Shown here one piece after another: positions 36,935-45,506 of a stretch of 64,000 nt of DNA; position 1 is the stretch's first letter; the number at the start of each line of letters is the position of its first letter. A program made the position numbers and the translations under genes. The DNA comes from Candidatus Binatus sp. (GTDB taxonomy: Bacteria; Desulfobacterota; Binatia; Binatales; Binataceae), in assembly GCF_049584895.1 (NCBI RefSeq), contig NZ_JBAUYR010000057.1, forward strand, positions 27,908 to 91,907. The letters are read 5' to 3'. The notes under the pieces are model-generated. The model was not told the origin of the DNA and ran no database searches. It saw nothing but the letters and a program-made list of their open reading frames with translations.

Positions 36935-37857
36935 TCATTCCGCTCTACAACGAGCGGGATAGTCTCGGCCCGTTGCACGTGGAATTGACCCGCGTGATGC
37001 AGAGTCTCGGCCGTGCGTACGAATTGATATTCGTGGACGACGGAAGTGTCGACGGTAGTATCGAGGCTCTGCGGCAGATCAAATCCGCGGACCAGAACGT
37101 GCGCGTGATCTCGCTTGCGCGCAACTCGGGACAGACGGCAGCGCTGGCGTGCGGATTCTCGCACGCGACCGGCGACGTCGTTATCGCGATGGACGCCGAC
37201 GGGCAGAACGATCCCGCGGATATCCCGCGGCTGCTGGCCAAGCTCGACGAGGGCTACGATCTGGCAAGCGGCTGGCGCACCGAGCGCTGGCAGGAGGAAC
37301 GGTTCACACGCCGGCTGCCGTCGATGGCAGCAAATTCGCTGATTTCAGCGATGACCGGCGTCAAGCTTCACGATTACGGATGCACCTTCAAGGCGTACCG
37401 GCGGGATCTTGCGCGCAGTTTGCAGCTGTACGGCGAGATGCATCGATTCGTCCCTGCGATCGCGGCGGAGCAGGGCGCGCGAATCGCGGAAGTCGAAATT
37501 GGATTTCGACCACGTCGCGCGGGCATCTCGAAGTACGGACTGTGGCGCATCGTGCGCACCTTGCTCGACCTTATCACCGTCAAATTTCTTTCCGGCTATT
37601 CCACCGCGCCAATACAAGTGTTCGGCTTGATCGGAATCATCCTCGGAGGACTCGGCGGGCTGTGGACCTTCATCCTGGTGATGGAGAAAATACTACTAGG
37701 ATACGAACTAGGTAGGCGCCCCGCCTTATTGCTAGCAGTGTTGTTAGTAGTGGTCGGAGTACAATTTGTAAGTATAGGACTGCTGGGCGAGATGCTCGCG
37801 CGGACCTATCACGAATCGCAGGGGAAGCCGATCTACGTCATCAGGGAAGAGTTTTAG
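36919..37857 (+). CDS. family-2 glycosyltransferase, polyprenol-phosphate (GtrB/ArnC/DPM1-like) type with two C-terminal TM helices
   Basis: YSVVIPLYNERDSL, ELIFVDDGSVDGS and AMDADGQNDP. It overlaps the pfkB gene end by 16 nt. Confidence 0.85.
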   Translation: MDYSVVIPLYNERDSLGPLHVELTRVMQSLGRAYELIFVDDGSVDGSIEALRQIKSADQNVRVISLARNSGQTAALACGFSHATGDVVIAMDADGQNDPADIPRLLAKLDEGYDLASGWRTERWQEERFTRRLPSMAANSLISAMTGVKLHDYGCTFKAYRRDLARSLQLYGEMHRFVPAIAAEQGARIAEVEIGFRPRRAGISKYGLWRIVRTLLDLITVKFLSGYSTAPIQVFGLIGIILGGLGGLWTFILVMEKILLGYELGRRPALLLAVLLVVVGVQFVSIGLLGEMLARTYHESQGKPIYVIREEF

Positions 37858-37869
37858 GGGAATCGATCG

Positions 37870-39177
37870 ATGAACATCGCAGTCGTGGGGAGCGGATATG
37901 TCGGACTGGTGAGTGGCACCTGCTATGCCGAAAGCGGCAACGAAGTAGTCTGCGTCGATATCGACCAGGAGCGAATAGCGCAGCTTTGCGAGGGCAAGAT
38001 TCCGATCTACGAGCCGGGACTCGAGGAACTGGTGCGCCGCAATCTGAAGGAAGGCCGGCTTCGTTTCACCACTGATATTGCCGATGCGATCAAGAATTCG
38101 ATGGTCTCATACATCGCGGTCGGCACTCCGATGAGCGCATCGGGCGCGGCGGATTTGACCGCGATTTTCAAAGCGGCCGAGGACATCGCGAAATCGATCA
38201 CCGGCTATCACATCGTGGCGGTCAAGAGTACCGTCCCGGTCGGCACCAACGATCGCGTGCGGGAAATAGTCGGGCGCGTCGCCAAGCATCGCGTAGACGT
38301 TTGCTCGGTGCCGGAGTTTCTCAAGGAAGGCTCCGCGATCGAAGATTTCATGCGGCCGGACCGCGTCGTGATTGGAAGTCTCAGCGAGCAGGCGACCGCG
38401 GTACTCAAGGAAATTCACAATCCATTCGTGCGCACAGATAATCCGATCCTTGTGATGGATCCACGCTCGGCCGAGCTGACCAAGTATGCGTCGAACGCGA
38501 TGCTTGCGATGCGCATCTCGTTCATCAACGAGATGGCGACGTTGTGCGACGCGGTGGGCGCCGACATTAACGCTGTGCGCCGCGGACTCGGCACGGACAA
38601 GCGCATCGGATCGTCGTTCCTGTTTCCGGGGGTTGGGTATGGCGGTTCATGCTTCCCCAAGGACGTGCAGGCGGTGATTCATAGCGCGAGCGAACACAAT
38701 CTCGATTTCGCGCTGCTGCGAGCGGCCGAAGCGGTGAACGCCCGCCAGAAGCGGCTGATTCCCGCGCGGGTGAAGCAGCATTTCGGAGAGAATCTGAGCG
38801 GCCGAACGTTTGCGATTTGGGGGCTGGCCTTCAAGCCGCGCACCGACGACATGCGCGAGGCGCCAGCGCTGGTGGTGGTCGAGGAGCTGCTGCAGGCGGG
38901 CGCGAAGTGTCGCGTGCATGATCCCGAAGCGCTGGAGAATGCGCGCAAGATTTTCGGCGATCGCGTCACCTACCACAAAACCAACTACGAGGCGCTCAAG
39001 GGTGCCGACGCGCTCCTGATTCTGACCGAGTGGAACGAGTTCCGGCATCCAAACTTCCAACGCATCAAGTCCGAGCTGAAGGAGCCGGTGATATTCGATG
39101 GCCGGAACCTGTATGATCCAGATCTGATGAAGGCGCTTGAAATGCGATACTACTCGATCGGGCGCCACCCGGTTTAG
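37870..39177 (+). CDS. ugd: UDP-glucose 6-dehydrogenase
   Basis: MNIAVVGSGYVGLVSG, GGSCFPKDV, GLAFKPRTDDMREAP. Confidence 0.92.
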   Translation: MNIAVVGSGYVGLVSGTCYAESGNEVVCVDIDQERIAQLCEGKIPIYEPGLEELVRRNLKEGRLRFTTDIADAIKNSMVSYIAVGTPMSASGAADLTAIFKAAEDIAKSITGYHIVAVKSTVPVGTNDRVREIVGRVAKHRVDVCSVPEFLKEGSAIEDFMRPDRVVIGSLSEQATAVLKEIHNPFVRTDNPILVMDPRSAELTKYASNAMLAMRISFINEMATLCDAVGADINAVRRGLGTDKRIGSSFLFPGVGYGGSCFPKDVQAVIHSASEHNLDFALLRAAEAVNARQKRLIPARVKQHFGENLSGRTFAIWGLAFKPRTDDMREAPALVVVEELLQAGAKCRVHDPEALENARKIFGDRVTYHKTNYEALKGADALLILTEWNEFRHPNFQRIKSELKEPVIFDGRNLYDPDLMKALEMRYYSIGRHPV

Positions 39178-39192
39178 GACAAGGACACTTCA

Positions 39193-40134
39193 ATGAGAAT
39201 TCTGGTGACCGGCGGCGCCGGCTTTATCGGCTCGCACACGGTGGATGCGCTGGTCGCATCCGGTGCGGGCGAAGTGTCAGTGCTGGATAATTTTTCCGCC
39301 GGCAAGCGACACCAGGTGAACCCGAAGGCGACGCTCTACGAGATCGATTTGCGGGACGCTGCCGCGGTTGCGTCCGTCGTCGAGAAAGCGCGGCCTGAGA
39401 TTATTGTTCATCTTGCGGCCCAGATGGACGTGCGGCGATCAGTCGCCGATCCCGCCTTCGATGCGCAAGTGAATGTGGTCGGGTTCCTCAACCTGATCGA
39501 ATCGGCGCGCAAGCACGGCCTGAAACGCGTGGTATTTTCGTCCACGGGCGGCGCGATTTACGGCGAGCAGGACGAGTTCCCGTGCACCGAGGACCATCCG
39601 AAACGCCCCGTGAGTCCTTATGGCGTCGCGAAGCTGGCGACCGAGGCTTATCTGTTCTTTTATAAGGTCGAGTACGGAATTGACTACCTGGCGCTGAGAT
39701 TTGGCAATGTGTACGGGCCGCGACAGGATCCCCACGGCGAAGCGGGCGTCATCTCGATTTTCTGCGGCAAGATCCTCGACGGCCAGCACGTGACGATTTA
39801 TGGCGACGGCACCCAGACGCGCGACTACGTTTACGTTGGCGACGTGGTCCGAGCGGTGGTGGCGGCGTCGAAGTCCAGCGCGTCGGGAATCGCGATGAAT
39901 ATCGGCACCGGAATCGAGACCAACGTGAACGACCTGTATTCCACGCTCGCGGCCATCGCCGATTTCCCGACCAAGGCAGTCCACGCGGCAGAGCGTCCGG
40001 GCGAACAAAAGCGATCGGTCATCTCGCCGGCGCGCGCGGAAAAGGAACTCGGCTGGCGTCCCGAGAAGAAGCTCGGGCAAGGACTCGAAGAGACCTTCAA
40101 ATATTTCAAGCAGCAACGCGACCGTTCGAGTTGA
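39193..40134 (+). CDS. NAD-dependent epimerase/dehydratase (UDP-sugar 4-epimerase or decarboxylase class)
   Basis: [13 protein letters not shown] and the YGVAK catalytic motif. Confidence 0.88.
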   Translation: MRILVTGGAGFIGSHTVDALVASGAGEVSVLDNFSAGKRHQVNPKATLYEIDLRDAAAVASVVEKARPEIIVHLAAQMDVRRSVADPAFDAQVNVVGFLNLIESARKHGLKRVVFSSTGGAIYGEQDEFPCTEDHPKRPVSPYGVAKLATEAYLFFYKVEYGIDYLALRFGNVYGPRQDPHGEAGVISIFCGKILDGQHVTIYGDGTQTRDYVYVGDVVRAVVAASKSSASGIAMNIGTGIETNVNDLYSTLAAIADFPTKAVHAAERPGEQKRSVISPARAEKELGWRPEKKLGQGLEETFKYFKQQRDRSS

Positions 40135-40135
40135 A

Positions 40136-41938
40136 ATGACCGAAGCCGCCTCGATTCGTAATTTTTCGATCATTGCGCATATCGATCACGGCAAGTCCAC
40201 GCTCGCCGATCGAATCCTCGAGCGCACCGGTGCGCTAACGATGCGCGAATCGAAGGACCAGTTCCTCGACTCGATGGACCTCGAGCGCGAGCGCGGAATC
40301 ACGATCAAGGCGCGCTCGGTGCGTCTCAACTACACAGCCAAAGATGGCAAGGGCTACGTCCTGAATTTGATCGACACGCCGGGGCACGTCGATTTCGCCT
40401 ACGAAGTTTCGCGCAGCCTGGCCGCGTGCGAGGGCGCGCTGCTGGTCGTCGACGCGAGCCAAGGCGTCGAGGCGCAGACGCTCGCCAACGTATATCTCGC
40501 GCTCGATCACGGACTCGAAATAATTCCGGTGATCAACAAGATCGATCTGCCCGGCGCGGACATCGAGCGCACCAGGCAGCAAATCGAGGAAATCATCGGC
40601 CTCGACGCATCCGACGCGATTCTCACCAGCGCCAAAGAGGGCATCGGGATCGACGACGTGCTCGAAGCGATCGTCGCGCGAATACCGGCGCCCAAACCCA
40701 CGAACGAGGACACTGTCCGCGCGCTCATCTTCGACAGTTGGTACGACGTGTACGAGGGCGTGATCGGTCTGGTCCGCGTCTTCGGCGGCGAGCTGCGCGT
40801 CGGCATGAAAGTTCGCCTGATGGGGACCGACAAGCTCGGCGAGGTGATGCGCCTGGGGCATTTCACGCCGCATGAACGTCGCGCAGACACGCTCGGCCCC
40901 GGCGAGGTCGGATTTATCGTCGCGGCGATTAAAACCGTCGCGGACATGCGCGTCGGCGACACGATTACTGACGCCGACAATCCCGCGGTTGCGCCGCTGC
41001 CGGGCTTCAAGGAATTGAAGCCGATGGTGTTCGCGGGCCTTTATCCCACCGAGGCGAATCAGTACGGCGCGCTGCGCGACGCGATCGAAAAGTTGCGCCT
41101 CAACGACGCGAGCCTCATCTGCGAGCCTGAAACCTCGCAGGCGCTGGGCTTCGGCTTTCGCGCGGGATTCCTCGGCCTGTTACACATGGAGATCGCGCAG
41201 GAGCGGCTCGAGCGCGAATTTGGCATCAACCTGATTGTGACCGCGCCGACGGTCGCCTACCAGGTGCGCACCATTTCCGGCGGCCTCACGACCGTCGACA
41301 ATCCGTCGCTGCTGCCGGACGAGAACACGATCGAAGCAATTGAGGAGCCTTTCATCCTGACATCTATCCACATGCCCGAGGAGTATCTCGGCGCCGTGAT
41401 GAAGTTGTGCGAGGATCGCCGCGGGATCCAGCGCGATTTGCGGTTCCTTGGAGAGAAGCGCGTCATCCTGCATTACGAATTGCCGCTGGCTGAAATCGTC
41501 TTCGACTTTTACGATCGCCTGAAATCGGTGAGCCGCGGCTACGCGTCGCTCGATTACGAGTTTCTGGACTTCCGGGCAGGGCCTCTGGTTAAATTGGATA
41601 TTCGGATCAATGGCGAGGTGGTGGACGCGCTTTCGATAATCGTGCATCGCGACAAGGCTTATGAACGGGGCCGGGCGCTGTGCGAGAAAATGCGCGAACT
41701 GATCCCGCGCCAGATGTTCGAAGTCGCGATTCAAGCCGGGATCGGCGCCAAGATAATCGCGCGTGAATCCGTCAAGGCGTTGCGCAAGAATGTCACCGCC
41801 AAGTGTTACGGCGGCGATATCACGCGAAAAAGAAAGCTGCTCGAGAAGCAAAAGGAAGGCAAGAAGCGGATGAAACAGGTTGGGCGCGTCGAGATTCCGC
41901 AAGAGGCTTTCCTGGCCCTGCTCAAGGTCGGGGAGTAG
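40136..41938 (+). CDS. lepA: elongation factor 4
   Basis: [28 protein letters not shown], and the C-terminal [24 protein letters not shown]. Confidence 0.96.
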   Translation: MTEAASIRNFSIIAHIDHGKSTLADRILERTGALTMRESKDQFLDSMDLERERGITIKARSVRLNYTAKDGKGYVLNLIDTPGHVDFAYEVSRSLAACEGALLVVDASQGVEAQTLANVYLALDHGLEIIPVINKIDLPGADIERTRQQIEEIIGLDASDAILTSAKEGIGIDDVLEAIVARIPAPKPTNEDTVRALIFDSWYDVYEGVIGLVRVFGGELRVGMKVRLMGTDKLGEVMRLGHFTPHERRADTLGPGEVGFIVAAIKTVADMRVGDTITDADNPAVAPLPGFKELKPMVFAGLYPTEANQYGALRDAIEKLRLNDASLICEPETSQALGFGFRAGFLGLLHMEIAQERLEREFGINLIVTAPTVAYQVRTISGGLTTVDNPSLLPDENTIEAIEEPFILTSIHMPEEYLGAVMKLCEDRRGIQRDLRFLGEKRVILHYELPLAEIVFDFYDRLKSVSRGYASLDYEFLDFRAGPLVKLDIRINGEVVDALSIIVHRDKAYERGRALCEKMRELIPRQMFEVAIQAGIGAKIIARESVKALRKNVTAKCYGGDITRKRKLLEKQKEGKKRMKQVGRVEIPQEAFLALLKVGE

Positions 41939-41945
41939 GGCAATC

Positions 41946-42692
41946 GTGGCCGAACCAGCTCGCAACATTTCCAAAGTGCAGCCGCTCAACGCCCGCGAGC
42001 CCGAACGGGCGGGGCAAAAATCCGTCGGGCGCGAATATGGCGAGGCGATGATCATCGCGCTCGTGCTCGCGATCTTCATCCGCACGTTTTTCGTACAGGC
42101 TTACAAGATTCCGTCGGGCTCGATGGAGCCGACGCTGCTCATCGGCGATCACATTCTCGTCAACAAGATCATTTTCGGGTTGCGGATGCCCGACTCGATA
42201 TTCGGCCTCGATATTCCCGGCGTCCCGTTGGGCCGGTACGTTTTCCATCTCGAGCCGGTGCATCGCGGTGACGTGGTCGTGTTCGTATTTCCACCCGACC
42301 GCACCAAGGATTTCATCAAGCGCGTAATCGGAGTCGGCGGCGATACCGTAGCGGTGAAGAATGGCGTCGTGTGGCTCAACGGTTCGCCGATGCCCGATCC
42401 GCACGGGCATTTCGAAGTCGCGCCGCAGGATCGATCAGCCGTCTCGCCGCGCGACAACTTCGGCCCCGTGACCGTGCCGCCGGGCAAGCTGTTCATGATG
42501 GGTGATAATCGCGATCGCAGTTACGACAGCCGCTTCTGGGGCTTCGTCGATCTCAATGACGTCGAGGGACGCGCCACCATCATTTATCTACCGTGGAATG
42601 AGGAGAAGGCGGAAGCAGCGTCGACGTTGAGCGAAGTATTTCTGTGGTTCGAGTACATCAGATGGGATCGGCTCGGGATGATCGTGCACTAG
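41946..42692 (+). CDS. lepB: signal peptidase I
   Basis: IPSGSMEPTL (catalytic Ser), KRVIGVGGD (Lys) and GDNRDRSYDSRFWG. The GTG start at 41946 is assumed. Confidence 0.88.
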   Translation: MAEPARNISKVQPLNAREPERAGQKSVGREYGEAMIIALVLAIFIRTFFVQAYKIPSGSMEPTLLIGDHILVNKIIFGLRMPDSIFGLDIPGVPLGRYVFHLEPVHRGDVVVFVFPPDRTKDFIKRVIGVGGDTVAVKNGVVWLNGSPMPDPHGHFEVAPQDRSAVSPRDNFGPVTVPPGKLFMMGDNRDRSYDSRFWGFVDLNDVEGRATIIYLPWNEEKAEAASTLSEVFLWFEYIRWDRLGMIVH

Positions 42693-42710
42693 CCGGAGGG
42701 GGACAAGCAG

Positions 42711-43313
42711 GTGGCCGACGAAGCGGTGAACAGGATTGGCGCGATCCTCGAGGAGCTGGGCGCGCGATTCGATCTGGTGGTCGAGGCCGTCTCGGGTTTC
42801 GGCGGGCGCCTCGACACGTTGCGCGACGAAATCTTCGGGCAGTTCGCGGAAGTCGGCGGCCAGATCCGGTTTCTGTCCGAGCAGATCGCAGAGAATCGGC
42901 GCGGGATCACCGCCACCCATGACGATCTCGGCGCCGAGATGGTGCGCCTGGGTGAGGCGCTCGGCAAGGCGCGGGTCGAGTTCCGCGACGAACTGGTCGC
43001 CACCGGGAAGGGACTTCGCGGTGAATTCACCGCGCGCGCGATCGAGTTCCGCGAGGAGGCTGCGCGCGCCGTCGCGTCCACTGGCAAGCAAGCCGCGGAC
43101 TCAGGGATCGATACGACGAAGATTCTCAAGCGCGAAATCGCGGCGTCAGCCGAGATCGCGGCGAAGAAACTGGCTGCCGAGCTAAAGCAAACCAACAAAT
43201 CGCTCGCCAATCTCGCCCACAAATTCGACCGCTTCGACGATCGAATCACCGTCCAAACCCGCGACCAGGATCAGCGCCTGCGAAAGCTCGAACGCAAACG
43301 CGGCGCTTCGTGA
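42711..43313 (+). CDS. hypothetical all-helical/coiled-coil protein
   Basis: The GTG start is 19 nt after lepB, with GGAGGGGG upstream. The sequence is Glu/Arg/Ala-rich and helical. All frames are open here, so the strand choice rests on operon position. Confidence 0.5.
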   Translation: MADEAVNRIGAILEELGARFDLVVEAVSGFGGRLDTLRDEIFGQFAEVGGQIRFLSEQIAENRRGITATHDDLGAEMVRLGEALGKARVEFRDELVATGKGLRGEFTARAIEFREEAARAVASTGKQAADSGIDTTKILKREIAASAEIAAKKLAAELKQTNKSLANLAHKFDRFDDRITVQTRDQDQRLRKLERKRGAS

Positions 43314-43479
43314 GCAACGCACTAGCACGACCTCAAATTAACTGAACGATGTTACAGCGGTAACAGATCGTCTGTGGTCTTTTCTTGCGCGTCGTGTCAG
43401 CTTTCTGATCGGAGGATTCTGCCTATCAACTTGCAGCGCCCGCGCCGACCGGCGCATTGCCTGAGCACAAGGAGCGTCG

Positions 43480-44805
43480 ATGGCTTCTGTCGCCCCGCTT
43501 GACGCGAGTTCGGCCGCCAACGCTGCTGGAGCTCCGCGCGGACTCGGCGAACAGCAGTCCCCGTCGAACACTCGCCAGCTCGTCACCTCAATCGCGACCG
43601 TTTTTTGCTTCCAGGGCTTCACGATGTCGATCAACGGGATCGGCTCACCCTGGATCGCGAAAAGCTTTCACCTAGGCGAGTCGGGAATCGCGAGCCTGTT
43701 CGCCTGGATTTCGTTCTCAGCGATTGGCGCGCTCGGACTCTCGCGGATGATCGATCGGATGGGACGCCGCCGAATGCTGCTGGTGTGCATGGCCGGCACT
43801 TCGGTTAGCGCGCTGGCCGCCGCGTTCTCGACCGACATCGTAGCTTTCGCGCTGTGCGAGATCGCGCTCTACGCTTTCATCGGCGCGACCATTTCCGGCG
43901 GCGTCGTTATCCTTGCCGAGGAACTGCCCATCGAGCTGCGCGCGCGAGGGCAGAGTTGGGGCGGATTGGGCCTCGGAGCAGGGGGAGGGTTGTGCCTGAT
44001 CCTGATGCCGATCGTGGCGAGGGATCACTCGTGGCGATGGATGCTCATACTGGCGTCGGTGATGGGAATCGTCGCGCTGTGGAGATTGTCGCGGCTCATT
44101 CCTGAAAGCGGCCGATGGCAACGCGCGGCTGCGAGCGGTACGACTTCGGCCAGCAGCTTTTACGACGCGTTCGGAAAACTCTATCGACGCCGCGCGATCA
44201 CGGTACTGTTCTGCTCGTTGCTGGGCAATATCGCGGGGGTCGCAGCCAGCAGTTGGGCATACTTCCACCTGGTCTCGGTGGTAGGATTGGCGCCGGGCCT
44301 CGCCAGCGGCCTGATGCTGGTCGGAGGCGGCGTTGGGATGCTCGGTTTCCCGCTCGGCGCGCGTGGATGCGAGCGTTACGGGCGCATCCCGACAATCTTC
44401 GTCGCGGGCGTGATGACCAGCCTCGGCGCGCTCGCCTTCTATTGGGGCCCTCCGGCGCACTTGCCCCTTCGATGGCTGTGGATCGAGGTCACGTATTGCT
44501 GCTTCACCGCAGGCCTGAGCGCGGGGCAGGTTGGCGGCAACTCGCTCGGGACCGAACTTTTTCCGACCGCTATACGGGGCGCGATGATGGGATGGTACTC
44601 GCTGATCGGCGCCGCCGCCGCAATCTCTGGCCAGACTCTGATCGCCGTGCTCGCGGGGCGCGTCGGCGGCCTGTCGATCGTGGTCGGCTACTTAAGCCTG
44701 CTCGCAATCCCCAACGCAATCATTGTCGCACTGTTACTTCCAGAAACCCGCGGCCTGTCGCTGGAAGCCGCCGCAATGGAAGATGAGTTCGAGAAATCGC
44801 AGTAG
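43480..44805 (+). CDS. MFS transporter
   Basis: AAGGAG lies 6 nt before the ATG. It has about 12 TM helices and the loop motif SRMIDRMGRRRML. Confidence 0.8.
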   Translation: MASVAPLDASSAANAAGAPRGLGEQQSPSNTRQLVTSIATVFCFQGFTMSINGIGSPWIAKSFHLGESGIASLFAWISFSAIGALGLSRMIDRMGRRRMLLVCMAGTSVSALAAAFSTDIVAFALCEIALYAFIGATISGGVVILAEELPIELRARGQSWGGLGLGAGGGLCLILMPIVARDHSWRWMLILASVMGIVALWRLSRLIPESGRWQRAAASGTTSASSFYDAFGKLYRRRAITVLFCSLLGNIAGVAASSWAYFHLVSVVGLAPGLASGLMLVGGGVGMLGFPLGARGCERYGRIPTIFVAGVMTSLGALAFYWGPPAHLPLRWLWIEVTYCCFTAGLSAGQVGGNSLGTELFPTAIRGAMMGWYSLIGAAAAISGQTLIAVLAGRVGGLSIVVGYLSLLAIPNAIIVALLLPETRGLSLEAAAMEDEFEKSQ

Positions 44806-44821
44806 TGTTTCGCGCGCGGGG

Positions 44822-44850
44822 TTGACGCACATCCATCGCGATCATAAATT
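44822..44850 (+). promoter_or_regulatory. putative sigma-70 promoter of the pyr operon
   Basis: TTGACG (44822-44827), a 17-nt spacer and TAAATT (44845-44850). Confidence 0.6.
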
Positions 44851-44857
44851 CTAGTTA

Positions 44858-44888
44858 CCTTTAAAACGCTACTGAGATAGCGAAAAGG
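44858..44888 (+). promoter_or_regulatory. putative PyrR-binding loop (anti-antiterminator) RNA
   Basis: CCUUUAAAACGCUACUGAGAUAGCGAAAAGG has a lower stem CCUUU/AAAGG and an upper stem GCUA/UAGC, capped by the purine-rich loop CUGAGA. It lies between the promoter and the terminator, directly upstream of pyrR. Confidence 0.6.
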
Positions 44889-44916
44889 AATGACAATGAA
44901 ATTGCACTCTTTCCGA

Positions 44917-44948
44917 CCCGGCTGTTTTTGCAGCCGGGATTTTTTTTG
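44917..44948 (+). terminator. intrinsic terminator of the pyr leader (attenuator)
   Basis: CCCGGCTG-TTTTTG-CAGCCGGG is followed by ATTTTTTTT. It ends 10 nt before the pyrR ATG. Confidence 0.85.
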
Positions 44949-44957
44949 GATGGCGCG

Positions 44958-45506
44958 ATGAGCGGCGCATCCAATGTCGCTCTCGACGCCGCGCAGGTTG
45001 GACGCTCAGTCAAGCGGATCGCGATGGAAATCGCCGAACGCAACGGCGGCGCCGACAATGTCGTGCTCGTAGGAATCGTTCGGCGCGGCGCGACGCTTGC
45101 CGAGCGTATCGCCGACGAGCTTCGCTCCAACGGCAAGCGCCAGGTCCCGGTCGGTACGCTGGACATCTCGTCCTACCGCGACGACGGCAAGGGCGCGCCC
45201 GGCGACCCGCGCTTAATCGGCCGCGACATTCCGTTCTCGCTCGACGCCAAGCGCGTCGTGCTCGTGGACGACGTCCTCTACACCGGGCGAACGGTGCGCG
45301 CCGCACTCGACGCCATTTCTGACCTGGGCCGCGCGGAGTCGGTTCAACTCGCAGTGCTGGTCGATCGCGGAGAGCGCGAGCTGCCGATTCGCGCCGACTA
45401 CGTCGGCAAAAACATCCAGGCCCCACGCGGCCAGCGGGTGTATGTGCGGCTCACTGAAATAGACGGCGCGGACGCAGTGGTGATTGGCAACGCCAATGGA
45501 AAATGA
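44958..45506 (+). CDS. pyrR: bifunctional pyrimidine operon regulator / uracil phosphoribosyltransferase
   Basis: [50 protein letters not shown] and [23 protein letters not shown]. Confidence 0.92.
   Translation: [182 protein letters not shown]

Noticed and set aside
44890-44961. 23-codon leader peptide ORF (MTMKLHSFRPGCFCSRDFFWMAR) spanning the pyr terminator
   Set aside because: The ATG abuts the GGA of the binding-loop stem with no spacing for a ribosome-binding site. PyrR-type attenuation does not need a leader peptide.
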